Shown here: piece after piece, positions 45,414 to 55,252 of the stretch | How the letters are laid out: each line of letters begins with the position of its first letter | Position numbering within the stretch: position 1 is the stretch's first letter | Origin: Chloroflexota bacterium | GTDB taxonomy: Bacteria > Chloroflexota > Chloroflexia > QHBQ01 | Length of the DNA stretch: 64,000 nt | Assembly: GCA_043754535.1 (NCBI GenBank) | Contig: JAYUUN010000093.1 | Span: forward strand, 19,590 to 83,589 | Reading direction: 5' to 3' | The notes under the pieces: generated by a model | What the model saw: the letters and a program-made list of their open reading frames with translations, nothing else | What the model was told of the DNA's origin: nothing | The model's database searches: none | Position numbers and translations under genes: made by a program

Positions 45414-48344
45414 TTGATGAGCAAAGCAAGCAACAAGAAGGGTAGCAGCCAGAGTAAGCGCGCCCTCACCCAGCCGATCACCGCCGCTCACCCCAGCCCT
45501 ACCTTCGCGGCGACCAATGGTAACGGCCACCACGATGTCCCCTCCAACGGGGTTGACAGCAAGGGCGTGAACGGCCACCACGATGCCGCCCCTGAGGGGG
45601 TTAGCAGCAACAGCGTGAACGGCAACGGCCACCACGATGCCGCCAACCTTGCTGCTCAGCCCGAAATCCAGGCTGCCGCCCGCGAAGCTGGGGTAGAGAC
45701 GCTCACCTACCTGCCCGCACGTCGGCCCATGCGTCCGCAGGTTGGGCGCAGCCGCGGCGGGCGGCTGACTACTGCGCGCCACCCCCACCTTGAGCAGCGG
45801 TTGGAGGGTGCCTACGCCCGCCTGTCCCTGGACGACGGCCAGCAGGCCGCACCGCTGGCGGGGGCTGGTGGCCGCGGGCCGAACGGTAGCGGCAGCCGCC
45901 AGTACAGCCCCCGCCCGCAGAGCAGCAAGCAGCGCAGCAGCGGCCACAACTATCCACTCTTTCTCCTACGCGGGCGAGCCACGGCTAGCAACCGGCGTGG
46001 CGCACACAAGGGCGGGGGCGCAGTTGGCCTCCGCATCTTCATCATCCTACTGCTACTCGGTGGCGTGGGCGGCATTGGCATGATTGGTGGCAGCGTCGGC
46101 GGCTTCATGGCCTACGCCAATACCCTACCCTCGGTGGAGAAGCTCAAGAGCCTCGGTTTTGAGACCACGCGCATCTATGACCGCAATGGCGTGCTGCTCT
46201 CCGAACAGTTCGATGAAGGGCGGCGTACCTACGTGCCGCTGGCAAACGTCTCCAAGAACCTGATCTCAGCAACGATCTCGACTGAAGATGCCAACTTCTA
46301 CGACAACATTGGCATTGACCCTACCGCCCTGGTGCGTGCCGTCTTCATCAACTTCAGCGGCAAAGGCAGTTCGGGCGCGAGTACGATCACCCAGCAGGTT
46401 GTCCGCATGGTGATCATCCCAGAGGAGAAGTACAAGCAGAGCTACGACCGCAAGATCAAGGAAGCGATCCTGGCGATCCAGCTAAACCGGGCCTATACCA
46501 AAGACCAGATTTTGGAAATGTACCTCAACGAAATCTACTACGGCAAGCTGGCATACGGTATCGAAGCCGGGTCGCTGACCTACTTTGGCAAGCACGCCAA
46601 CGAACTTAGCCTACCAGAGGCCGCCTACATCGCTGGCCTCGGTCAGCTACCTGACTACTACGCCAACCACCCCGACGTGGCTAAAGACCGCCAGCGCATC
46701 GTCCTTGACCTGATGGCTAAGACTGGCAAGATCAGTTCAACGCAAGCCGACCAGGCTTTCAACACCGAACTGATCTTCAAAGAGGCGCGAGCCGAGGTTA
46801 AGGCTCCCCACTTCACCCAGTACGTGAAAGAGTATCTGGAGACTAAGTATGGGAGCGACTACATCCGCAAGGGTTGGACGGTCACGACTACCCTCGACCT
46901 GCGTATGCAGCAGGAGGCAGAGAACATCGCCCGCAATCGTATTGATGCCCTGCGCGAACTATCAGCCACTAACGCCGCTCTGGTCGCTATGAAGCCAGAC
47001 ACTGGCGAAATCCTGGCGATGCTCGGCAGTGTGGACTACAACGACGACAAGATCGACGGACAGGTGAACGTCGCCACTTCGCTGCGCCAGCCCGGTAGCT
47101 CGATCAAGCCAGTCACTTACGCCCAGGCGTTCACCAAAGGCTGGCTGCCCGCCACCTCGATCCTCGACGTGGATACGATCTTTGGCTACAAGGCGGCCAA
47201 ATCTTACCGCCCAAAGAACTACGACAAGGACGATCACGGCTGGGTGACAGCGCGGGTGGCTTTGGCGAACAGCTTCAACATCCCTGCTGTCAAAGCCCTG
47301 CAATACGCTGGGATCAAGGAGACGATTGCGCTGGCTCGTGCGATGGGCGGCAAGGATGCCTTCCCCAACCCACCCGAATACTATGGCCTCAGCCTGACAC
47401 TGGGTGGCGGTGAGGTGACGCTGCTTAATATGACCAACATCTACTCCACCTTCGCCAACATGGGCCGCGAGGTGGATGCCAACCCGATCCTCAAGATCAC
47501 CGACAGCCTGGGCAGTGTAGTGGAGGAGTTGAACCCGAAGCCAGAGAGCAAGCAAGCTGTCAGCCCCGAAGTCAGCTACCTGATCGCCGACGTACTGAAG
47601 GACAATGACGCACGCACTCGGATGTTCGGTGCGAACAGCCCCCTGCGCCTCATCTTTCCCGCTGCGGTCAAGACCGGCACGACCGACAACAACCGCGATA
47701 GCTGGACGATGGGCTACACCCCCAACTTTGCAGTTGGTGTCTGGGTGGGCAACAGCAACAACAAGCAGATGCAGGCAGTTACTGGCGCGAAGGGTGCCGC
47801 CTTCATTTGGCACGACTTCATGGAGGCAGTCTACAAGCGGGCCGACTTGCGGGCCATGATCGCCTACAACCTGCCTGGTAACACGCTGGCTAGCGACTTC
47901 AGCCGCCCTGCCAACATAGTCACCACCTCGATCTGCACCGTCTCGAAGGGGACGATCACCGATATTGCGATCAAGGGTCGGGTGCCTACCGGCTGCAAGG
48001 GCTACAAGGACCCGCCAGACAACAAGGTTATGGGTGACGCAGGCAGCGGTGACGGCAGCAAGACCACCACTGGCACGACTACCCGCCGCAAACCAACCGC
48101 CACGCCAACTCCAGCCGGTGGCAGTACTACTGGCGGCAGCACCGTCGGCAATGGTGACAGCAACAATAGCGGTGGCACCGTCTACGGCAATAGCAGTGGC
48201 AGCACGGGCGGCACCGTCAACGGCAGTAGCACTGGTGCGCCGCAACCAGCAGCCCCACCCCTGCTTCCTACCCCTGTTGAGCAGCCACAACCGCAACCCC
48301 AGGAGCAACCGCAACCGCAGCCCCAGGAGCAACCGCAACCGTAG
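45414..48344 (+). CDS. class A penicillin-binding protein (transglycosylase + transpeptidase) with a His-rich N-terminal tail and a Pro/Gln-rich C-terminal tail
   Basis: The transglycosylase motif is EDANFYDNIGID. The transpeptidase motifs are SSIK, SFN and KTGTT. The N-terminal repeats are NGHHD x3. The C-terminus carries (EQPQPQPQ) repeats. Confidence 0.85.
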   Translation: MMSKASNKKGSSQSKRALTQPITAAHPSPTFAATNGNGHHDVPSNGVDSKGVNGHHDAAPEGVSSNSVNGNGHHDAANLAAQPEIQAAAREAGVETLTYLPARRPMRPQVGRSRGGRLTTARHPHLEQRLEGAYARLSLDDGQQAAPLAGAGGRGPNGSGSRQYSPRPQSSKQRSSGHNYPLFLLRGRATASNRRGAHKGGGAVGLRIFIILLLLGGVGGIGMIGGSVGGFMAYANTLPSVEKLKSLGFETTRIYDRNGVLLSEQFDEGRRTYVPLANVSKNLISATISTEDANFYDNIGIDPTALVRAVFINFSGKGSSGASTITQQVVRMVIIPEEKYKQSYDRKIKEAILAIQLNRAYTKDQILEMYLNEIYYGKLAYGIEAGSLTYFGKHANELSLPEAAYIAGLGQLPDYYANHPDVAKDRQRIVLDLMAKTGKISSTQADQAFNTELIFKEARAEVKAPHFTQYVKEYLETKYGSDYIRKGWTVTTTLDLRMQQEAENIARNRIDALRELSATNAALVAMKPDTGEILAMLGSVDYNDDKIDGQVNVATSLRQPGSSIKPVTYAQAFTKGWLPATSILDVDTIFGYKAAKSYRPKNYDKDDHGWVTARVALANSFNIPAVKALQYAGIKETIALARAMGGKDAFPNPPEYYGLSLTLGGGEVTLLNMTNIYSTFANMGREVDANPILKITDSLGSVVEELNPKPESKQAVSPEVSYLIADVLKDNDARTRMFGANSPLRLIFPAAVKTGTTDNNRDSWTMGYTPNFAVGVWVGNSNNKQMQAVTGAKGAAFIWHDFMEAVYKRADLRAMIAYNLPGNTLASDFSRPANIVTTSICTVSKGTITDIAIKGRVPTGCKGYKDPPDNKVMGDAGSGDGSKTTTGTTTRRKPTATPTPAGGSTTGGSTVGNGDSNNSGGTVYGNSSGSTGGTVNGSSTGAPQPAAPPLLPTPVEQPQPQPQEQPQPQPQEQPQP

Positions 48345-48362
48345 CCACTGCGGGCAAGAGGA

Positions 48363-48400
48363 GAGGGTATCGCTATCACGCGATCCCCTCTTTGCGTTGT
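48363..48400 (+). terminator. intrinsic terminator between the convergent PBP and asnS genes
   Basis: gagggtatcgc-tatcac-gcgatcccctc followed by tttgcgttgt, with one mismatch. Confidence 0.45.
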
Positions 48401-48420
48401 GCTTGCAGAGCCGCCAACGG

Positions 48421-49851
48421 CTATGGGTACATCCGCTCCATCATCCGCGGGAAAGGGATCGTCTCGCGCAGGTGTGGTGCCTGGGTAATCCAGGCTACGC
48501 AGCGTTCGAGGCCCATGCCAAAGCCGCTGTGGGGGACGCTGCCGTAGCGACGTAGGTCGAGGTACCACTCGTAGGCTTCGCGGGGCAACTTGTGTTCGGC
48601 CATCCGCTGTAGGAGCAGGTCGAAGTCGTGGATGCGCTGGCTGCCGCCAATAATCTCGCCATAGCCCTCTGGGGCGAGCAGGTCGGCGGCCAAAGCCAGT
48701 TCGGGGCGGTCAGGGTCAGGCTGCATATAGAAGGCCTTGATGCTGGCGGGATAGCGGGTGACAAATACCGGGCGGTCGTATTGGCTGGCAAGGATCGTCT
48801 CCTCATCGCCACCAATGTCGTCGCCCCAGATTGCTGGGTTGCCCGCCGCTTGCAGCACCTTGATCGCCTCGTCGTAGGCCAGGCGCGGGAAGGGAGCCTT
48901 GACATTACGTAGCACTGCGAAGTGCTGCTCCAACCGCTCCGCCTGGGCCGCGTCCTCGTCCAGCTTCGCCACCTGCACCAGCGCATCCAACTCGGCCTCA
49001 CACTTGTCGAGCGTAGTCTGCACCACGTAGCTGACAAAGTTCTCCTCAAGCTCCAACAGTTGGTCGAACTCCATGTAGGCAGCCTCTGGCTCAACCATCC
49101 AGAACTCGGCCAGGTGGCGGCGGGTCTTGCTCTTTTCAGCGCGGAAGGTGGGGCCGAAGGAGTAGACCTTACCCAGCGACATCATCGCCGCTTCGATGTA
49201 GAGTTGCCCCGTCTGGGCAAGGTAGGCAGGCGCACCAAAGTAGTCTACGGTAAAGAGGTTGCCGCTACCCTCGGCGGCGGTGGGGGTAATGATCGGCGAG
49301 TCCACGCGGGTGTAGCCCTGCCCGTTGAGGAAGTCCTGGATTGCCCACTCCACGGTCGCCCGCACGCGGAGCAACGCCCGCTGGCGACGACTCCGCAGCC
49401 AGAGATGGCGTTCGTCCATCAGGAAGGCTACGCTATGCTTCTTTGCGCTGATTGGGTAGTCAGCAGCCTGCTGCACGATCTGGAAGTCCTTGACCGCCAG
49501 TTCGTAGCCGCCCACCGCCCGACTGTCTTCTTTGACCAGACCGCGCACTATGATAGAGGTCTCGTCACTCGCCTGCTCGGTGGCGGCCCAGACTTCTTCT
49601 GGCAGGTCGGGCTTGTAGGCCACCGCCTGAGCCAGACCACTACCATCGCGGACGATCAGGAAGGTGAGCTTCCCCTTACCGCGCTTGTTGTAGAGCCAGC
49701 CCCGCAGCGTTACTTCTGCGCCAACGTGCTGACCGAGGTCGGCAATGCTGCTGGTGGGCGCGGTGGGCGCAGCGGGCAGGCGCACCTTCGCCACTTGCGC
49801 GTCGGCAATGCGCGTCATCTCAATCTCATGCTGATCCTTCTGCTCGTCCAT
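48421..49851 (-). CDS. asnS: asparagine--tRNA ligase
   Basis: It has the class IIb core with FRAEKSKTRRHLAEFWMVEPE and a C-terminal GFGMGLERCV. Confidence 0.9.
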   Translation of the reverse strand: MDEQKDQHEIEMTRIADAQVAKVRLPAAPTAPTSSIADLGQHVGAEVTLRGWLYNKRGKGKLTFLIVRDGSGLAQAVAYKPDLPEEVWAATEQASDETSIIVRGLVKEDSRAVGGYELAVKDFQIVQQAADYPISAKKHSVAFLMDERHLWLRSRRQRALLRVRATVEWAIQDFLNGQGYTRVDSPIITPTAAEGSGNLFTVDYFGAPAYLAQTGQLYIEAAMMSLGKVYSFGPTFRAEKSKTRRHLAEFWMVEPEAAYMEFDQLLELEENFVSYVVQTTLDKCEAELDALVQVAKLDEDAAQAERLEQHFAVLRNVKAPFPRLAYDEAIKVLQAAGNPAIWGDDIGGDEETILASQYDRPVFVTRYPASIKAFYMQPDPDRPELALAADLLAPEGYGEIIGGSQRIHDFDLLLQRMAEHKLPREAYEWYLDLRRYGSVPHSGFGMGLERCVAWITQAPHLRETIPFPRMMERMYP

Positions 49852-49970
49852 ACTGACCCTCGCTCTGTCCTATATTGTGCTGGGCGTATTGTAGCATATG
49901 GTGGCTGGCAGGCACAAGCAAAGGGCCGGACGGCGTGCCATCCAGCCCCTTTACTTGCTTGTGGCTAAGA

Positions 49971-52337
49971 CTATTGGCCGATGATCGCCCTGTGGACGAT
50001 CTTGGCCGTCTCGCCACGCTTCACATTGTCGTTAGGTCGGTAGCAGAGGCTCGTGCCGCAAGCTGCACCGTTGATGATGCCCGCATGGTTAGCTGCCTCG
50101 ATATACGAGTAGAAGGTGCTGTTGCTCGGCACGTCGGCGAAGGTTGGTGAGGTCGGGGTGAAGGCTGGCACCGCCGCACTGATCACCACGATCTTAGCGA
50201 TCTGGCCGCGACTAGCCGTGCTGTTGGGGGCGAAGGAGCAGGTGGGGTTGCAACCAAAGCCGCTGATCACCCCAGCGTGATAAAGCGTCTCAATGTAGCC
50301 GTAGAAGGGGCTGCTGGGCGGCACATCGGCGAAGGTTGGTGAGGTCGGGGTGAAGGCTGCGATGCCTAGACCCAGGACGACGATCTTCGACAACTCACCG
50401 CGCCGCACGCTGGCATTTGGCTGGAAGCTGCCATTGGGGAAGCCGCTGACCACCCCGCGACAGGCAAGGAACTGGATGTCGCCATAGAAGATGTTGCTAG
50501 TTGGCACATCGGTGAAACTGATCGCGCAAGGGGTTGGGCTACCAGCAGCCGCAGTCGCAGTTGGGCTACCAGCAGGAGCAGTGGCGGTCGGGCTACCAGG
50601 GGCAGTGGTCGCGGTTGGGCTACCAGGGGCAGTGGTCGCGGTTGGGCTACCAGCGGCAGCGGTCGCGGTCGGGCTACCAGCGGCAGCGGTCGCGGTTGCA
50701 GTGGAGGCGGCAGCGGTTGCAGTCGCGGTGGAGGCGGCAGCGGTCGCAGTCGGGCTGGCGGGGCTTGCCGTGGGAGTGCTGGGAACAGGGGTGGGGATCG
50801 GCCCGCCGTTGAGAGTGAAGGCAGTCAGGCGCGAGGTGCCGCCACTATTGGCCGAGCCGTCGGTCATGTAGACGGTGCCATTGACTACCAGCGGTGACTG
50901 CCAGTGGATGCCGCCGATGCTACCCGTCCACAGCCGCTGGCCGGTGATTGGATTGAGGGCGTAGACGCTGTTGCTGCGAGCGTAGTAGAGGACGTTGTTG
51001 GCAACGAGCGGGGTGAAGCCAGCAGTGCTGGTAGTCCAACCAGTCGCCAGGATTGGCACCGTTCCGCTGAGGACGACCTTCAGGCCGCTGAGGCCGTTGG
51101 TGTTGGCAACGAAGACCCAGCTATCGTTGTTAGCCGGGTTGACCCAGCTTGCGGGCTGGCTGAGAACTACGCCCGTACCCTGCGGCAAGGCCATACGGTA
51201 GAGTTCGCCACCGACATTGCCGGGGCCACCCTGCCCACTAAGGTTGTCGAGGTTGAGCAGCATCACGTAGCCCTCTTTGCCACCCTGCACTACCAGGTTC
51301 TGGTAAGTGCTACCAGCAGGGGCGGCGACGATGGAGGGAGCGGTACTACCCAGGTCTTTGTCGGTGTTGTTGAGGTAGACGTAGTTGCTAGGCGTGTAGG
51401 TGTCTAGCGGCTGGCTGCTGCTGTTGCCTGTGCCATCTGGGTTGAGCGCAAACACGGTGTCAGCCCAGTCGCGGTTGCTTGCACCAGGGCTGAAGGGGCC
51501 GTTGCCAGTGGTCATGTAGACTTTGCCAGTAGCAGGGCTGTAAACCACACCAGGCCGCGCCCAGATTGCTGTCTGCACGCTAGCGCAGTCGTTCACCCCA
51601 GGGATGCCATTCTCAACGAAGTGGATGGTCAGGTTGCTGCAATTGGCGTTGAAGACCTTCTGCACCCCTGTGTTGAGGTTGATCGTTGTCACGTGGCCCT
51701 GGTAGTCGCCACCGTCACCAGGGTATCCACCGTTGACCACGTAGAGGTAGCTGGTGCCACTGATCGTGTTGACTGCCAGAGCCGAAGCACTCTTTTCCAC
51801 GCCCGGCTTGAGGGTGGCAACCTGGGGCCAGGAGTTGGTGATCGTGCCAGTGGTGGTGATCTCTACACCGTTGAAGACGTTGTGCTTGTGTACCTTGCCG
51901 TCTACGCCATAGCTGTAGACAAATTGGCGGTTGGGGTCAACAGCGGGCTGTGAGGTGGTGTAGCGCGGCCCAGTCTGCGAGGCCGCCGCCCAAACTTGCT
52001 GACCATTGCTGGCATCAAGGGCCAGCAGTTGGGAGCGGTGGGTGCTATCGCTACTGACTGTCAGGAACAGGATGTTGCGGGTACCGCTGATCGTATTGGC
52101 GGCCTCAAGGAAGACAGGCGCACTACCGTCGGCCACATCGGGCAGCGTCACCTGGAAGCGTTGCTGCAACTGGCTGACATTGGCGGTGGTTAGCGTGGTT
52201 TCCAGCGTGTTGTTGCCACGCTTGGTCGCGTCACCGTTAAACTGCGTCCAGTCGTAGGCCGAAGCCAGGGCCGGAACGAACACAAGGGTCAGGACGATGA
52301 ACAGCAGAGTAGCCCGCAGCTTGCTCTTATGGGACAT
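49971..52337 (-). CDS. secreted beta-propeller (PQQ/BamB-like repeat) protein with a Pro/Thr tandem-repeat linker and three C-terminal SLH domains
   Basis: The signal peptide is MSHKSKLRATLLFIVLTLVFVPALASA, with the ATG at 52337. The linker is (GSPTATxAxx)n. There are three SLH-like modules (FTDVP...F/Y...I..L...GVISG...F.PN...RG). The track start at 52397 has no signal peptide. Confidence 0.7.
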   Translation of the reverse strand: MSHKSKLRATLLFIVLTLVFVPALASAYDWTQFNGDATKRGNNTLETTLTTANVSQLQQRFQVTLPDVADGSAPVFLEAANTISGTRNILFLTVSSDSTHRSQLLALDASNGQQVWAAASQTGPRYTTSQPAVDPNRQFVYSYGVDGKVHKHNVFNGVEITTTGTITNSWPQVATLKPGVEKSASALAVNTISGTSYLYVVNGGYPGDGGDYQGHVTTINLNTGVQKVFNANCSNLTIHFVENGIPGVNDCASVQTAIWARPGVVYSPATGKVYMTTGNGPFSPGASNRDWADTVFALNPDGTGNSSSQPLDTYTPSNYVYLNNTDKDLGSTAPSIVAAPAGSTYQNLVVQGGKEGYVMLLNLDNLSGQGGPGNVGGELYRMALPQGTGVVLSQPASWVNPANNDSWVFVANTNGLSGLKVVLSGTVPILATGWTTSTAGFTPLVANNVLYYARSNSVYALNPITGQRLWTGSIGGIHWQSPLVVNGTVYMTDGSANSGGTSRLTAFTLNGGPIPTPVPSTPTASPASPTATAAASTATATAAASTATATAAAGSPTATAAAGSPTATTAPGSPTATTAPGSPTATAPAGSPTATAAAGSPTPCAISFTDVPTSNIFYGDIQFLACRGVVSGFPNGSFQPNASVRRGELSKIVVLGLGIAAFTPTSPTFADVPPSSPFYGYIETLYHAGVISGFGCNPTCSFAPNSTASRGQIAKIVVISAAVPAFTPTSPTFADVPSNSTFYSYIEAANHAGIINGAACGTSLCYRPNDNVKRGETAKIVHRAIIGQ
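50535..50760. repeat. imperfect ~33-bp tandem repeats (6-7 copies) encoding the GSPTATAAP-type linker
   Basis: ggttgggctaccag[cg]ggcagcggtcgcg units are visible directly in the sequence. Confidence 0.7.
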
Positions 52338-52652
52338 GGTACTATTCCTTTCTGTAAGCCCCTTCTGTAGGTAAAAGGGGCAATTAACGTCTGCCAAGTT
52401 TGATTATAGCCGCTGGCAGACCTGAGTGCAATGGCCTATTTGGGTGAATTGTCCAAGATTGCAGCAACGGTTGCAGCTTGTGGGGCGTGGAGGCAGTGGG
52501 CATATTGCAGCCAGCTAGCCAATCCGTCCGGTGGGGCGCAGCTAATCGCCGATCAGCCGTAGCCCATGCAGCCGCGCACGCCGCTAGCCCCGGCCTGAGC
52601 GCGACCGTGAACCCTCACCCACGGCGGCTGGCTTTGGAGGGCAGAGAGAGGA

Positions 52653-52663
52653 TGTGGTATAAT
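52653..52663 (+). promoter_or_regulatory. extended -10 element TGTGGTATAAT
   Basis: It lies about 45 nt upstream of the fnr-like TTG start. Confidence 0.45.
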
Positions 52664-52709
52664 AAAGGCACGATTGTGAAGGCTTTAACAGACCAGAGGA
52701 GGAAGCGGG

Positions 52710-53750
52710 TTGGACACAGCAGTGGTCGAACAGCAGGCGACGCAGCCTGCCACCGAGCGAGACGTTTACGACATCATCATCCTGGGCGGCGGGCCGACCG
52801 GCCTCTTTGGCGCGTTCTACGCGGGCCTGCGCGAGATGAAGACCAAGATCGTTGAGGGGCTGCCAGAGTTGGGCGGCCAGCTTACCGCGCTCTACCCAGA
52901 GAAGTTCATCTACGACGTGCCGGGCTACCCGAAGGTGCTGGCCCGTGACCTTGTAGCCCAGTTGGTTGAGCAGACTTTGCAGTTCGACCAGACCGTTTGC
53001 GTCGGCGAGCGCGCGATCAAGCTGGAGCGCGATGAGGCGAACAACCTTGTGGTGCTGACCACCGATAAGGCCGTCCACTACGCCAAAACAGTGGTGATCG
53101 CTGGGGGCGTGGGTGCATTTTCTCCTACTCGCCTGGACGCGCCGGGGGTGGGCGACTATGAGGGCAAGGGTGTCTACTTCTTCGTCAAGGAGAAGGCTCC
53201 TTTCGCGGGTAAAGAGGTGCTGATCGTCGGTGGCGGCGACTCGGCAGCAGACTGGTCGCTGGCCTTCAAGGACATTGCGAAGGTAACGTTGATCCACCGC
53301 CGCGACCACTTTCGCGCCCACGAAACCAGTGTGCGCGCAATGGCGGCAGCGAAGGAGGCGGGCGAACTGGACATCCGCACCTTCCACGAACTGAAGGAAG
53401 TACATGGCGACGGCGAGCGGATCACCGAAGTGGTGCTGCTCAACAACCAGACCCAGGAGACGATGACCATCCCGTGCGAAGTGGTGCTGCTCAACCTCGG
53501 TTTCAAGGCCGACCTCGGCCCGATCAAAGAGTGGGGTTTGGAGCTTGAGAAGCGGGCAATCCGGGTCAACGAGCGGATGGAGACCAACATCCCTGGCGTG
53601 TACGCGGCGGGCGACATCGCAGGCTCCAGTGTCAAGCTCAACCTGATCGCCACTGGCTTCGGCCAGGCAGCGACGGCGGTGTGCATCGCCAAGAACTACA
53701 TCGATCCTAAGTCCAGCATCTTCCCCGGCCACAGCAGCGAGAAGGAGTAA
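52710..53750 (+). CDS. ferredoxin--NADP+ reductase, thioredoxin-reductase-like (YumC-type)
   Basis: The two dinucleotide-binding motifs are IIILGGGPTG and LIVGGGDSA, with a C-terminal GDIAG. It has a TTG start with GAGGAGGAAG upstream. Confidence 0.85.
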   Translation: MDTAVVEQQATQPATERDVYDIIILGGGPTGLFGAFYAGLREMKTKIVEGLPELGGQLTALYPEKFIYDVPGYPKVLARDLVAQLVEQTLQFDQTVCVGERAIKLERDEANNLVVLTTDKAVHYAKTVVIAGGVGAFSPTRLDAPGVGDYEGKGVYFFVKEKAPFAGKEVLIVGGGDSAADWSLAFKDIAKVTLIHRRDHFRAHETSVRAMAAAKEAGELDIRTFHELKEVHGDGERITEVVLLNNQTQETMTIPCEVVLLNLGFKADLGPIKEWGLELEKRAIRVNERMETNIPGVYAAGDIAGSSVKLNLIATGFGQAATAVCIAKNYIDPKSSIFPGHSSEKE

Positions 53751-53843
53751 CCTCTCCGCGTAGGCGCACCGTGGTTGGCGCGGGGCAGTGGCCTGAAGGC
53801 TACTGCCCCTTCTTCGTACTGCAATCTCGGCTAATGGCACGTT

Positions 53844-54743
53844 GACTGTCACTGGCAGGTGGGTGAGCAGGAAGGAGCGGAGGGCGCGACCTGCTCGGCT
53901 AAGGTAGTGGTCGCGCCGCCAGAGCAATACGACTTCGCGGCTCAGGCGTTGGTCGCTGACGCTGAGGGGGGCAAGGTCGCCCACGCCAGTGAGGGCCAGG
54001 CGGGGAACGAGGGCGATGCCCAACCCCGCTGCTGCCGAGCGCAATGCCGTGTCAGTCTCTGCTCCATCAAGCGAGATGTGGGGGCTGAATCCAGCCTTGC
54101 GGCAAGCATCCAGGGTAGCGGCCCGCAGTTCGTAGCCGACTGGAAAGAGAATGAACGACTCCTGGCGCAGATCGGTCATCGCCACCCCCGGCTGAGCAGC
54201 AAGTGGGTGTTCGCGGCTGACGGCAATCACCAGTTCTTCGCTGAACAGGCTGGCAACTTCGAGGCTGGCATCTTCCTCACCGGGTGGGGGTGGGCCGGGG
54301 CGGGTAACGACCGCAAGATCGAGACTGCGCTCCTGCACCATGCGCTGCAGACGTTGCGCTCCAGCCTCGTAGAGTTGCAGTTCGACAGCTGGGTACTGGC
54401 GGTTGAACTGGGCGAGAGTGCGCGGCAACAGGTGGCTGCCAACCGTCGGGGGCGCACCAATCGCCACCCGGCCACGCGGCTCCCCCTCCCGCTCACTGAC
54501 TGCCTGCTCTGCCTCGGCGACCAGGGCGAGGATGCGGCGGGCATAGGGCAGCAGGGCTTCACCCGCCGCAGTAAGGCTAGTCAGCCGCCCACGCCGCTCG
54601 AACAGTGGCACCCCCAACCGCGCCTCCAACGCACGCACCTGCTGGCTGAGCGACGGCTGGGCCAGCCCCAGTTCCTCACCCGCCCGCGTGAAGCTGCCCA
54701 GCCGGGCGACCGTCTCAAAGTAGCGCAGGTAATGCAGTTCCAT
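53844..54743 (-). CDS. LysR-family transcriptional regulator; the 3' end is undefined because there is no in-frame stop until 52584
   Basis: The helix-turn-helix is MELHYLRYFETVARLGSFTRAGEELGLAQPSLSQQVRALE and a LysR substrate-binding domain follows. The reading frame stays open for another ~1.25 kb, running antisense through the fnr gene. The end coordinate is only the expected ~300-aa domain boundary. Confidence 0.6.
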
Positions 54744-54860
54744 CGCAGCTCCCACCTTCGCTCCACTGTGGAGAAGATGGCGCAATTATAGCACAAATCA
54801 GACTTCCCGACGACAGGTACAAGAAGAACTTTGCGAGTTCCTTACTCAACCACTCGGCCA

Positions 54861-54890
54861 TTGACGCAAGCGGGGGCGGTGTGCTATAAT
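54861..54890 (+). promoter_or_regulatory. sigma70-type promoter, TTGACG-18-TATAAT with a TG extension
   Basis: GGTGTGCTATAATG lies upstream of the thrS leader. Confidence 0.55.
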
Positions 54891-54896
54891 GTTGGC

Positions 54897-55223
54897 AATA
54901 AGTAAGCGATCACGTCGGACGAGTAGCCGCACCACCCGCGTCAGAGAGGGGCAGCCATTGGCTGTAAGCTGCCCCCGCGAGAGTAGCCGCCAAAACCACC
55001 GGCCAGCAGTGAGATGAACCCACTACTCCAACCGCCTTGCCCTTGCGCGGTACAGAGGGTGCTACTACTTTCACCGCCTTGACCCCGATAGAGGTCACAT
55101 TTGAGGGGCCACTTCTGTCCACTCCTGTCAGGAGCAGCAGGGTGCGCCCGAACGAGGGTGGAACCACGTCAGCTAGCAGCTTTCGTCCCTTGCCAACAGG
55201 CGAGGACGGGAGCTTTTTGTTTG
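54897..55223 (+). promoter_or_regulatory. T-box riboswitch leader with its terminator, upstream of thrS
   Basis: A T-box consensus-like sequence AACGAGGGTGGAACCACG lies at 55151..55168. The terminator hairpin is gctttcgtcc...ggacgggagc followed by tttttgttt at 55179..55223. The leader is about 330 nt long. I did not identify a specifier loop (ACC/ACU) with certainty. Confidence 0.6.
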
Positions 55224-55252
55224 CTCCGCAACAACCAGGAAGGAACTAGAGG

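Noticed and set aside
52584-54785. 733-aa minus-strand ORF taken as one protein
   Set aside because: Only the N-terminal ~300 aa are LysR-like. The rest is the reverse complement of the fnr-like gene. I report it as a LysR gene with an unresolved 3' end, not as a 733-aa protein.
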